DNA of 64,000 bases from Histomonas meleagridis 2922-C6/04-290x. Taxonomy: Eukaryota > Protista > Parabasalia. The position numbers were made by a program, and so were the translations under genes. Location: NCBI GenBank assembly GCA_020184695.1, contig JAANOX010000227.1:74927-138926 (forward strand). The letters run 5' to 3'. This document shows positions 38,891 through 51,229 of this stretch, piece after piece (the stretch's first letter is position 1; each line of letters opens with the position of its first letter). The notes under the pieces were generated by a model, which searched no databases, was not told the DNA's origin, and worked only from the letters and a program-made list of their open reading frames with translations.

Positions 38891-41800
38891 ATGAAATTTA
38901 ACTGGATTAAGAATACATTAGAAGATGAAATTGCTACCAGAAGTGGTATTTTAAGTGAAAAATATAAAGAAAAGATTCAAAATTTATATCAAGAAGATTC
39001 TAGAAAATGTATTAATTGGCGTATCTGTAAAAATCCTACACCAGAATGTCCTTTAACTTTAAATCAATTTGAAGAATTCTTTAAAAATGAATGGAACTCT
39101 AAAATTGATTTTCATCCACCTAATAATGATTCTAAATGGAATTTAGATAATTGTTTTAAAAAAGAAGATAAAGATTTATTTATTACTATGTTATTAGATA
39201 AAGATAGAATTAAAGAAGTCATTAGATCTAGACCAAATTTAAGTGCTCATGGTATCGACGGTATTTCTAACTCAATTTGGAAATCTAATATTAATATTAC
39301 ATTCAAAATTATTAAATATATAGTTTCTTATATGATTTTATATGAAAGAATTTCAGAAAGTTGGAAATCATCAAAAACTATTTTATTATATAAGAAAGAA
39401 GCACCAGAAGAATTAAGATCTTGGAGACCAATTAGTATTTCTAATACTATATATCGAATTATCTTTTGTTTATTTTTAAAATGTATTCAAGATATCAATT
39501 ATAAAATCAATATCATTAATAGAGTTCAAAAAGGATTTAAAGAAGGAATTAATGGAGCAGCAGAACATATTGAAACAATTAATGAATTAATTTCTAATGC
39601 CAGAAGAAAGAAACAAAGTATTTATATTACAGCTTTAGATTTTACTAATGCTTTTGGTACAGTACCTCATGAATTAATTACCTGGGCATTAAAAGCCAAA
39701 GGTTTTCCAGATAAGTTTATTGATATTATAAAAAATTCTTATAAGAATTCATACACGAAAATATTTTATAAAGGAAATAATTCTAGACCAATATTCGTCA
39801 AAAGAGGTGTAAAACAAGGATGTCCTTTATCACCTACATTATTTGATTTATGTTTAGAACCGCTATTAAAAGCAATTCAAATTAAAAATAAAGATGATGG
39901 TATATTAATTGAAGACGAAATCAATAATGAAATACTTAGATTCAATATTCAAGCGTATGCAGACGATGTTATTTTAATGTCTAGTTCAGAAGAAGGTATG
40001 AATAATATGTTAAAGACAGTTGAAAAGTTTTGTAAATTTTCAGGAATGGAATTAGCAACTAAAAAATGTAAATCTCTATATTATACTTATACTGATAGAA
40101 CAAGAAATACATTAAACATTAACTTTAATATTAACAATGAAATTATTCCACAAATTTCTTTATTTTCTTATATTGAAAATTTAGGAATCCCAATAGCTTG
40201 TAATAGAGCTATTAAGAAGAAACATTCTAGATTAATTATTAATGAAATAAAGAACCAAATTACTAAAATTATGGAATCTCCATTAAAGATTACTCAGAAG
40301 ATAGATTGTATTAAAAGACTAATTACGCCAAAATTTGACTATATTCTATTAAATAGTGTTTGTCCGTTAAATGAATTAAAAGAAATAGATAAATATATTA
40401 GAGGTTGGATTAATAAATTATGTAAATCTAAAGGTATTCCTATTAATTATTTTTATACGAATTGGAGATATGGAGGATTAGGTATGAAAAGTTTATATGA
40501 AAGATACCAAATTCTTACAATTAGAAATTACATTGCGATGAAATATTCTAAAGAAAATATTATTCGGAAATTTACTAATCAAATGGAGAAAGATGAAATA
40601 GATTATAGAGGACTTATTAAAGATGGAGAAAGTCCTTATCTTAATTTTAGATTTGATGATCAAAACAATTTAATGCAAACTAGAAGAAACAAAGAACATT
40701 GTTTATTTATTGAAACATTAAAAAGTTTATCAAACTTACAAATTATTTTTATTATTGACAAAAAAAATGAAAGTATTAAATTAGGAGATTTTAAAGATGA
40801 GATAGTTGAACAAAATGTCGAATCAGACAAAATTCTAGAGCAATTGAACCAATTAATCTGTGTTAGACACAGAAATGCTCTAATTTCATCTGATTTTAAA
40901 GGACATACGTTCAATACTCTCATTGATTCGAAGACTTCAAATTATTTCTTTACTCAATGCAAATACCCAATCAGTGATACTCTAGCAAAATTTGTAATAT
41001 TAAGTAGAACCAATAATTTAAGCACTGGTGAAATATTACATAAAAATAAACCAGAAGTATTTGATGGTAAATGTCATAGATGTCATAGTAATTTAAATGA
41101 TTCATTAATGCATAGATTAAATGGTTGTCATATAATTAAAAGTTGGTTTACACCTAGACATAATGCAATCTTAAAAGAAGTTATTAAAAGTATTAAAGAA
41201 AAAGATAGAGAAAATAAACTAATTATTAATTATGATAAACCTATTAAAAAGAATCAATTAAGATTACCAGAAAGATCTAAAAGATTAAAACCAGATGCTT
41301 GGTTCTTCACAGATAATATATTAAATATTATTGAGGTTAATTGTCCTAATGGAAGTCTTAAAGATACAGATGAAGGTAAAATTAACTCATCAGTAATTAG
41401 AAGACAAGAAAAACTAGATAAATATAACAATCTAGTTGGAGATTGTAACAATACCTTCAATTGTACCACCAATATTTATGTAATAATTGTCTCATCATTA
41501 GGTGCAATACCTAAAGAAACCTATAAAGATATTAAAATATTATTACATAACGACAAATATAAAGCAAAATTAACAACATCCAAATGATGTTCAATGGTAG
41601 CTTTAAGAGAATCTCTTAAAATTTATCGAAAATGGGGTACATATAATATCAAGGATAATTTAACCAATGAAGAAAATATAGCAGAACAAATTGAAGAAGA
41701 AGTCGAACACAACGGTGACACGGATGATGGTTTCGACAATGATAACACTGACGAAGATCTGAACATTGAAGATGAAGATCTGAACATCGAAGATGAAGAT

Positions 41801-41935
41801 TCGATTATTGAAGACGAAGATACGAATGAAGAAAATTTAGAAGATGAACAAGTACATGATACACACAGGACTCATTTAACTCTTGAATATGGGGTCGGGT
41901 TCGAGAGTTTAGAAAGTAACGATGAATCACAATAA
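38891..41935 (+). pseudogene. Reverse transcriptase + CCHC + restriction-like endonuclease of copy A
   Basis: WRPIS, QKGF, LDFTNAFGTVPH, GVKQGCPLSP, YADDV; CHRC..H..GC; RHN; KPDAW..IIEV; VSSLG. The TGA at 41585-41587 corresponds to AGA in the homologous fragment near 48665, so the frame originally ran to 41935. Confidence 0.92.
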
Positions 41936-42022
41936 TAATACTAATTAAGTATTAATTATGTTAAAGCGGGAGCGCTAAAATCATTTAAAAGTGACACTTT
42001 AATACTCGGTATGCTAATAAAC

Positions 42023-42079
42023 AGTCCTGGGTGGTACATTTTTTTGATTTTTTAGATGCAAGTATTTTTAAGTCGAGAA
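42023..42079 (+). repeat. Downstream target-site duplication: last 16 nt of tRNA-Arg, terminator and trailer
   Basis: AGTCCTGGGTGGTACATTTTTTTGATTTTTTAGATGCAAGTATTTTTAAGTCGAGAA is identical to 24147-24203. Confidence 0.93.
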
Positions 42080-42326
42080 GAATATTTTTTTTCGTTAGGT
42101 AATTTGATCAATAATTCTTGGCTTATATTTTTTTTAATTAGATTTAGTTGCAATAGTTAACAATGATTAATACTTTTAATTGAGTTTGATTAAGTATGCT
42201 TCTTTTTGAATGATGAGAAACTTTTTCAATGTGGATGATATTAATCGCAATAATGGAAATATACTATTTTAAGGTGAAGTATCAATTTATAGTACTTTCC
42301 CAATTTATAAAAAATAAAACTGAAAA

Positions 42327-42399
42327 GTACCACTGGCCCAATGGATAAGGCGTGTGCCTACGGAGCATGAGATTCCAGGTTCGAGTCCTGGGTGGTACA
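42327..42399 (+). tRNA. trnR: tRNA-Arg(ACG), locus B
   Basis: Identical to 24090-24162; oligo-T follows. Confidence 0.96.
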
Positions 42400-42441
42400 A
42401 TTTTTTTCATTTTTTGATGCGAAGTGTTTAATATCTTAAAA

Positions 42442-43820
42442 TTTTGTACCACTGGAATCAACATCCCTGATAACCTTATTAAGATTTCTTTTTGGTCGGA
42501 AAATTTTTTTTTCGGAGATAAATAATTTCGAGATAATTTCTCCTTGAATCATCGATACTCTATACAGAACACAACAGGAACACCTCCAGAACGACCACAA
42601 CACATCTAGATACCTCTAGAGGTATCATTAATTTTAACGGAGAATTTTTGAAAAATGTGATAAATTCACCCATCACAGAATTACTTCAATTTAGCACCTA
42701 CAACCTTATTCCACCACAAAACACATTCCCATGTTTGTTTTATCCACTTTGTCAACGAATTTTTTATACATTTTCAGAATGCATCAAACATGCATATATG
42801 GAAGAAGAGCATGAACCACAAGAAATCAACCAACTAAAACGTTTCTTACCTCACGAACTCACATTATACGCTTGTTTATATGAAAGATTCAAATTCCAAG
42901 TCCCAAATATTATCAACAATTTAATATCATTTTCGTTTCATTAAGAAACATCGATTTTGATTTTAACAACTTGCCACCTTGGTTAGGGCTAATTAATAAA
43001 AACATGGGTTTAGCAGTTCCAGTTCTACCAATTCAATTTATAAATGGTGACCTGATCAAAAATAATATTGACTTAAACAATATAAGTAATATTCCCCAAA
43101 TCGATCTGAACAATGACCCTACAGTCAAGGAAATTACAAATAATGGGGAACTAATCAATTGTGAAATATGTGATACGATTCCAATTATTGAAGAAGTAAG
43201 TGATGAATTAATGACTAGAAATGATAAAATAAATGAGTTAAGAAATAGATTATTATCTTTTATTCTACACATATTAGAGAATAACTTTAGAAACAATTCT
43301 GGAAACTATAATCAAGTTCATACAAATGAAGAAGAAGTTAAAATCAAAATACCAGAAGTTTCTATTGAGCGTGAAATAATTCCTATTAAAATCCCGGAAA
43401 CTAAAATTACATTATTTAATCAAGAAATTAATATTCCTGCCTATTCTATGGCACAAGTGCCAGTTAATATAGAAATCCCTAATTATCAATTAATTCAACG
43501 TGACATAGAATATCCCATAGATATACCGAATTATGTTAGAAATCCAACTACATTCGAAATAGGTATTCCAGACTATCATAAATATCAAGTACCGATTGAA
43601 AAACCAAATTATCAATTAGTAGAGAGTAAAATCGATGTTCCAGTTGATACACCTAATTTCATATATAAACCAAAAGACATCCTAATACCTATTGAAAAAC
43701 CAGAATATCAATTAGTGGAAAGTAAAATTGATGTCCCAGTTGAAACATCTAATTTTATATATGAATCGGAAGACATTTTAGTACCTATTGAAAGGCCAAA
43801 CTATCACCTATTAGAGAGGA
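42442..43820 (+). mobile_element. RLE retrotransposon copy B, diverged 5' portion with an internal deletion at ~42941
   Basis: Collinear with copies A/C from CTTGINIPDNLIKISFW onward; lacks about 290 bp relative to A; truncated within the proline-repeat region. Confidence 0.85.
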
Positions 43821-43859
43821 AATAAAAAATGCATAACCAAAAATAACATCAAAATAGGG

Positions 43860-44860
43860 AAATTTTTTTGAAATGCTTTTTGCAGGATTTTATTGAATTG
43901 GGTTTGTTTCAATATTTGATCTTGCTTGCATATTTTGCTTAACTTGTATTATTTGTATAGTGACGGTGCGTAATTGACATTGTTGCCAACTGCTACATCC
44001 AGATTCTGAGCAATTCTAATTTGAAGATGAGTTTCGATATTCATTTTTTATCTATAGTTTCTGAACAAGTGCTTTTGTTATGATAAACCAATTTACAACA
44101 TCTTCTTCATGTTCTTTTTTGCTTTGCAATTTCTTTTGGATGCTTATGCCTCTTAATTATTATAAGCAGGCCAGGGTGACTTTTATTCTTAAGAATAAAA
44201 ATGTCATTTGCTTTCAAAATTCCCATACTTTGAATTTCAAAGTTATTTATATAAACATTCCTGATAATTTCATAGTGATTAAACGATGAGATGCTCTTTA
44301 ATTTGCATCAACAAAGCTCTGTCTACATCTTTCATATCTTGATAAATCTTTTCGCGAAAATCTCTTTAGTCGCTTTTTATCGGGAAAAATTGAGTCCCAT
44401 TCCGGTTTTGCTTTGTCTGATCAAAACCATTTGAAAAATTAATGTCACATTTTTTTGAAGAAAAGCACTCTGAAATACTCAATAAATAATAGAAACAAAG
44501 ACTTAAAATTGTTATTAATTTGGTATCATCATTTGAAATTTCATAGCATTCTCTGCCATATTTTTCATTATTTTTGTTGAAATAGGTTCCTTTGCATTTG
44601 AACTTTTTTATCCATGCATAACATTTATAAGACCTCGCATTAATTGTCTGAAACTTTGATCATGAACTGTAAAATTATCGCATTTATCAATTATTCTGCA
44701 CCTATATGAAAAGGCAAACACAAATTGACAAATGTATCCATAAGTTGTAGTAGGATGTTGACTCTTATAATATACAATAAACGCACGTCTCTTTTTCGCA
44801 GCACATGGAAATGGATTTGGACCGGTCTCCAAATAAGTTGTTTCGTAAACATGCAATAGA
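43860..44860 (-). pseudogene. Decayed, probably transposon-derived ORF (MULE-like C-terminal CCHC knuckle)
   Basis: Minus-strand pieces include KRT*RRCCKLVYHNKSTC and Cys/His-rich segments; no catalytic core recognised. Confidence 0.3.
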
Positions 44861-45058
44861 GATTGATATGTTTTCTGTGTTACAAGTTATAACTTTTGAG
44901 AGCGAATGTTATTTTCTTTATTTAATTGTATTTTTTTTTTATCGCTCTCATAAAATTGAATAAAATGATAAGGTTCATTAATAATACAATATTTATAATA
45001 TCAAAGTTATCGCAAAAAATATTTCACAGTTTTTGACATTTACAAATGAAGGTAAAAT

Positions 45059-48000
45059 CAAGACGTATCCGACTACATAATTTTAAAATATTACTTAAAG
45101 ATATTAATAACATATATATTACAATATATTGCATAATCAACAAGTCAATTTACTTCTCATGAAATCATACATATTCAAAGATATTTATGTTTCAAAATGT
45201 GTTTACTATCAAAATTAAAAAGTTGAAACGACAATTTTATTTTGACCAATTAATGATTGAAAATGTGATAATGCTTAACGGTCGTTAAAGTGCTATTTTT
45301 CTTCATTTTATGAAGAAACTGTGTTATTATTAATTTTTTAATTACAAAACACAGTTTAGAAAAGCTAAAACGAATAAACTCAAGCATAAAAGCTACCTGG
45401 ATGGGATGAATTAATTTATTGAAAGGGTTTTGCGGAAGTAGCATATCTATTTCTGATATTTCTACCATATTCTTCATTCACACGATACTGTGCAGCATTA
45501 AGCGTCCAATGTTTCTTGGTTTCAGTTAATTCATTATAATTTTCTTTCTCAAGTAATTCTTTTTCCAAAGAATTAATATCGGAATATATTGGTTTCATCA
45601 AAAACCTATATATTTCGGTGTCAAAAGATCCTAAAAGTTGAACCTGATGAAACAAACTTTCTACAAAATCTCTGCATTTCAAAATTTCATCATTGTCAAA
45701 TGAAATAATTCCTGATTCTACTACAGTAGTAGAGCGGATTCTAGCCTCCTTCTATGATTTGCATCATCAAAGTTAGTGTCTTTTCGATATGTATCAATAA
45801 ATTGTATCTTATTAATGGCTGACCTAATAGCATCCATTGTTTGACAATTTTCGGCATTTCTTCTTATTCTCACAAAGAAATGTTCAGATAAAATTGATCC
45901 AACACGAGATAAAGGAAATGTGTCAGGTATTGATGTTAATGCTTTGATCATGCATGAAAAGAAATTTGCATAATCAATGCATAAGATGGGACTTAAGATC
46001 ATCTTGGAAATTGAAGATTTTGTTTTTGGATCCTTTTTACATTCATCTAAGAACATTTTATAGAAGACCACAATAAATAAGCCAATATAACACATTTGAC
46101 ATCTTTTAAACCTTGTAAGATGCTTGCTTGCCGTCACACTTCTAGCCAATACACCAACCCATAAATAAAGAATTACTGAATTATTTCCAGATTTGGATGC
46201 TTTTCTCAATGTTTTCCATCGAAGAAGTGCTGACGGATAATAATCATCCATACTCTGCAATGACCCATGTCTAAAGATACAATTTGGCAACGTTTTGTCA
46301 ATCTGCTGAAGTGTACCTTAAGAAACACAATGAGATGAGTTTATATAATCTGGTTTGAGATATGAACTTTTGTTATTTATCATTGCTTTTCTTAGGCGTT
46401 TTAAGCAATGATATGCATCATTTGAATACATCACTTCTTCGCTTGAAATTTCATCAAGATTTATTATGTTATTATTCCATAGTGATGTAATTCTTTTATA
46501 TTGCTTGTCGAAATTGTTTCTATAGCATTTATCCCCATCACTTCCAATAAATTTTATCTTCATTCCTTTTTTTTTTAAGTGATTGATAATATAATCAAGA
46601 TCATTTCTGATATATTCTGTAGCAGATCCGGAGTTGGAAAATTTTATATAAATAGGATAAGACCTTTTTGGTGACAATGGACATATTAATATGACAAAGA
46701 TATGAGTAACAATCATTTTTCGATCTAATAACTCATTCCAAAGATTGCAATATAATTCACGATCTTCTTTGTACTCTATTGGTTCCCTTGGAAGACTAAT
46801 TTGTTCAATTGTTACTCTAACTTCACCATCCGAAGTTATTGTTAAATTTTCGTCTACTTTTGCAGCATCAATACTTATTGTATAGAACTCATCACTCGAA
46901 AGGTGAAGCCTATTGGCCCAAAATTGAAAAATATTATCAACTTGATCTAAACTTTCTAAATTATTCCATTTTGGAATGCTTTTCTCATTTTTAACCCATT
47001 GATCAACAGTACTTTGACTCGGTCCATTTAGATAATCTTTCATCATCGCGAACGCTTTTCTGCTGTACATCATGAGTCTGACCCAAAATGCCTTGCTAGA
47101 TTGTGAATACCTTTTGCCATTCTTTTTCCTAAAATTCTTTTCAGCTTCATTCAAGATATCATCAAATTCATTTAGAAAAATGAATTTGTTTTCCCGCAAC
47201 TTTTTCTCGTTAATGTTGGAGCATGTTTTTAAAGTTCTGATCTTACGTGCATAAATAAGTTGCTGTCCTTTTAATTTCCTTCTATTTCTGATATTATTCC
47301 ATATAACGAGCTGTTTTGAAATATTTTTGCTATTGTCAAAATTATCATTGTTTGTTTTTCATCGTTATTTGAAACAAAAATTAAAGGAGACTTGTCAATT
47401 ATTTCATTATTTGCGATTTCTCGCGTAATAATTTTATTTTTGGATTTTTGTTTCGTTTCATATGAATCTCTGATTCTGAACAGCTCCCTTCTGCAACCTT
47501 CACATGTTCTTAATGGAAGAATCGAACAAACCTTGTCAAAGCAACCAAATTTCACCCAACATGTCACAAGCAAGAGTTTTTCTTCTTTTGACCAAGAATT
47601 TTTCACAGTTGGGACAAGAAGGCCTGGACTATTCAATGCACAATCAAGAATTTCATTTGTTTGCCTAAGATCTAAACCCATAAAAACGAAAATTTGTGAT
47701 AAATGATTAAATGTAATTTGCTGTTTTAGGAAAAGAAAATAAAGAAATTCAATCTCAATTTTGATTTCGTCTTCGTAGATATTCCAATCTGGAACAAAAT
47801 TGTTTAGGAGATACCGAATTAGAATTTCTTCAGGCTGACACATGACCATAATGTCAAAACCACCAAAACCGTTATCATTCTGAATTTGTCCTATCGTGGG
47901 CAACTCGATTCAATTTTTTGACTTTTTGATAAACCCTAAGCTTCTATCGTCGCCATTAAGTTTTCATTTAGCCGTTTTCTCACAATTCTTGGGCAAGTTT

Positions 48001-48461
48001 AACGTCCATTTTGTATTCAATTTTTTTGATGATTTGCGACAATAATATTAAAGTTTAATAAAAGACATTCAAAATATATGTTTTAAGCATATGATAGAAA
48101 GAGTCTGTCAGACAGAATTTAAGAATATTATCTTAAAATAAAGTTCTAAAAAATCTCTAATATTTTATTTTTCACCTAACATTCTATAAATATATTATAC
48201 ATATATAATATACAAATACTGCCATGTGAAAATATGAACAAAAACCACGAATTGCTCTATAGTATTTAAAGACATCTGAATTTTTTTTAAATTGTCAAAA
48301 TGATTAATACCTTATTAATCATAATATAATGCACATCCAATCATTGGAAAACAAATTATATTTTATTTACTAGCAAAAACAACCCATATATCCTTTTTGA
48401 TGACTTAAATTAAAGAAATTATTTTATTCAACGACCGTTTATACAAGTCGGATACGTTCTG
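45059..48461 (-). mobile_element. P-superfamily (THAP9-like) DNA transposon
   Basis: Imperfect short TIRs CAAGACGTATCCGACT (45059) and AGTCGGATACGTTCTG (to 48461). Both ends are flanked by (G)TAAAAT, a 6-7-bp probable TSD. Encloses a P-type transposase. Confidence 0.6.
45416..47903 (-). pseudogene. P-element-type transposase with an N-terminal Myb-like motif, fragmented
   Basis: ISIDA, IGSDGD, DAYHCLKRLRK and SEHFFVRIR (D, D, DxxH, E motifs); upstream ORF has WSKEEKLLL..LPLRTCEGCR. Confidence 0.78.
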
Positions 48462-48539
48462 TAAAATTACCTTATTAGTGATTAGAAGAAAAAAAAATTA
48501 GATAAATATAATAATTTAATTGAATATTGTAATAATACC

Positions 48540-48890
48540 TTTAATTGTACCACCAATCTTTTTGAAATAATTGTTTCATCATTAGGTGCAATACCTAAAG
48601 TAACCTATAAAGATATCAAAATATTATTACATAATGACAAATATAAAGCGAAATTAATATCCAAAAGATGTTCAATGTTGGCTTTAAGATAATCATTAAA
48701 AATTTATCGAAAATGGGGTACATATAATATCAGGGACAATTTAGTTAATGAAGAAGATACAGCCGCACAGATCGAAGAGGAAGTTGAACACAATGGAGAC
48801 AGAGATGATGATTTGAATAATGATAGTAGTGAGAACAATAGTAATGAAGAAGATTTGAACATTGAAGATTAAGAGTCGATCATTGAAAAA
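48540..48890 (+). mobile_element. 3' remnant of the RLE retrotransposon (endonuclease end and acidic tail)
   Basis: Collinear with about 41459-41815 (IVSSLGAIPK..RCSM.AL..IYRKWGTYNI); roughly 85-90% identical by eye. Confidence 0.85.
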
Positions 48891-49041
48891 CTCTCATTTA
48901 TTATTATTTTCTTATTAATCCTTTATGCATTATAACGAGTAAGTCAATTTTTGAAAGGGTGTTTACTGAAATATTCAAAAAGTAGGTAAACATACAAAAA
49001 TATGCTTGCCTAAGAAATTATTGTTAAAATCACTGATCAAT

Positions 49042-49185
49042 ATGGAATATCATATTATTGACATCGTAGGACACTTCTGGACATGAGATGGATTATTGTA
49101 TTTCAGCTGACAATGGGTTAAAGGCACAGTCACGGATGAACCCTTCCAAAATCTAACAAATTGTAGTGACTTACTTCTGATCTAA
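49042..49185 (+). pseudogene. Chromodomain-like remnant
   Basis: MEYHIIDIVGHFWT*DGLLYFS*QWVKGTVTDEPFQNLTNCSDLL resembles EYxVExIxxH...YLVKW.G...TWEPxxNL..C..LL; two stops. Confidence 0.5.
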
Positions 49186-49445
49186 ATCGGAACACCATCA
49201 AGCAGTGGAGCAAATGTTGCAACATTTGAGTTATTCAACGTGTTTTTCCATTCCATATACATACTAGTAGCGGGGATGGTCATTAAATTAAAAAATATTT
49301 TACATAGTTATTTGTTTAATTGAACCAAGTTTTTCCATTTCTACTATTAAATGGAGTGAATAGTGTTTTGTCATTTTTGAAAAAATTAGCACAAAATGCT
49401 GCTTTTACGTAAAAAAAGTAGTGTTATACAAATAGTGATATTTGG

Positions 49446-50550
49446 AATTCTCATCAAGCCACTTTTTGAGATGAAAAAATTAAAAAAAATAATTTCGTTC
49501 ACAATTTTCAATTCGATTTAAAATTGCAAAAATTTCATTGTTTATTCAGAGAGTGCATATGAAATTTCCATACTAGCTCTGCTCATGTCTACTGAAACAT
49601 ATCGAGTATATGCAGAACTTTTCCACCTTCCATGGGCTTTTATGATACAATCATTAACATTTTTTAGTGAGGCATAATATGCTGCTTCTCTACGAAAACT
49701 ATGAAATTCATAATTTTGATATTCTTCAACTCCAATAGTCCTAAGTACATAAAGAAGATGAGCTCTGAGTGTGGATTGAGTTCGAGATTCTATGTGATCA
49801 TTACTAAAAATTAAGTTCAAATAATTTATAAATCTGAATGGGCTATAATCTGTCTTATTATCATAAATATATGTAAACGAATACCATTCCCGAACTGATC
49901 TGTTTTAGAAGTCTGTATGTTTAGTTTTATTAAGTTTTCGCCTTCAATTACAATATCGCTTTTTTTAAGGTTTAGCGCTTCACTTATTCTGAGAAATGCT
50001 GCAAACATTAACGATATCAAGAATATAAACTTCAAATTATCAATATTTGTTGGTGGAAATTTTTCAATTATTTTCGAAAAGCATTTTGGATCAAACGGTA
50101 ACTTTGCATTCGGACAAAAACCTGAATATAGTGACCTCCTTATTCCACTCTTAAATATTTTGAATTTTATTGAATGTGTTAATATTTCCAAGTCATTATG
50201 TTGAAAATAATGTGTAAAACTATTAATGTAAGCTAGTAACGTACAACATTTCATATTCTGATTCTTTTTGAATATAATGAATGCAACAATTTTGTCATGA
50301 GTAATAGGAAATGGTTCTTCGTGTATTAGATTTATCATCACTTTGGCATAAGCATGAATCAGCCTATCATATGTACTTTTCGTTTATGTTGAAACATTTG
50401 CGGCTGATATTGTATCAGCTTCAGCAAGTAATTGCTCCATCAATGACATTTTAAATATGATTCATAAAAAAAACTTAAGAACAATATTGAAAATTGTGAG
50501 CGAAATTACTTTTTTTTATTTTTTCATTTCAAAAAGTGTCGATGAGAATT
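49446..50550. mobile_element. Inverted-repeat-bounded cassette containing only the tyrosine recombinase gene
   Basis: ~65-bp imperfect inverted repeats at 49446-49512 and 50486-50550. Confidence 0.65.
49542..50449 (-). pseudogene. Tyrosine recombinase (Cre/Crypton/DIRS-like), one stop and one frameshift
   Basis: ATG 50449 is in frame with the ORF at 50341. FLRISE (R), SKTDQ (K), HSFRR (HxxR), HGRWKSSAYTRYV (W and catalytic Y). Confidence 0.85.
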
Positions 50551-50554
50551 ACAC

Positions 50555-50619
50555 ATAATAAAGGCAACTTTTTAAGACGATGAACTCTGGTCATCGTCTT
50601 AAAAAGTTGCCTTTATTAT
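50555..50619. repeat. Perfect 29-bp inverted repeat with 7-bp asymmetric spacer
   Basis: ATAATAAAGGCAACTTTTTAAGACGATGA-ACTCTGG-TCATCGTCTTAAAAAGTTGCCTTTATTAT. Confidence 0.95.
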
Positions 50620-50624
50620 TTGTG

Positions 50625-50780
50625 AATTAATCCTATTATTGAAGAAATAAGTGATGATTTAATTATCATGAATTAGAGTATATTTGATTTAAAAAACAGA
50701 TAATTATCCCTTATTATACATGTCATCGAGAATAATTTTTGAAATAATGCTAGATATTATAGGATGTCTCACAATCTATA
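50625..50780 (+). mobile_element. Old, diverged fragment of the retrotransposon N-terminal region
   Basis: Aligns loosely with ~36240-36385 (PIIEEVSDELM..LRNRLLSFILHILENNF). Confidence 0.5.
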
Positions 50781-51229
50781 CTGGGAAGGAAAATCATTCA
50801 ATAAAATTAGTAGAAAAGAAAAAAAGCAGTTTGGTGAGCCAGCATGAAAGCGTTCGGTTATGCACAAATGGATATAGAGAGCCAAATTAAGTCAATATTC
50901 TGAGGAAACAGAAGTAATGAAAGAAAATATAGAAAATAGGATTAATTAACCAATATATTATCATATTGTGAGACAAAATTTAAATATGTCATGATTATCT
51001 ACATTCAATTTGATGAAAAATTTTTGCTGTGTCTTATAATAAGTAAATTTGTTGATAGCAGCCAATGTCCACCTGAAATATGTCAAATTGATTTCAGTGT
51101 ATATAAGTGTTATTAAGTATATCTCAGATGCTCTAATTTTATCAGTTCCAGAATTTAATATACCGAAATTTAATATAGTCAAAAGTAAATAAATAAAATG
51201 CATAATAAAAAGGCAAACATCAATAATCA

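Larger units (their letters stand above)
24204..42022 (+). mobile_element. RLE-type (R2/NeSL/CRE-like) non-LTR retrotransposon, copy A, complete but interrupted by the Merlin element
   Basis: Identical 57-bp direct repeats at 24147-24203 and 42023-42079. One reading frame with C2H2 fingers, RT, CCHC and RLE. The 3' end is ...ATGCTAATAAAC. Confidence 0.9.

Noticed and set aside
38333-41587. In-frame TGA/TAA in transposon ORFs as stop-codon reassignment
   Set aside because: Housekeeping genes here end normally in TAA/TGA, and the TGA at 41585 is AGA in the homologous fragment; these are ordinary nonsense mutations.
42446-42455. GTACCACTGG at the start of retroelement copy B matches the tRNA-Arg 5' end
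   Set aside because: It is the synonymous variant of the Thr-Thr-Gly codons in copies A and C (act acc gga); a 10-bp coincidence.
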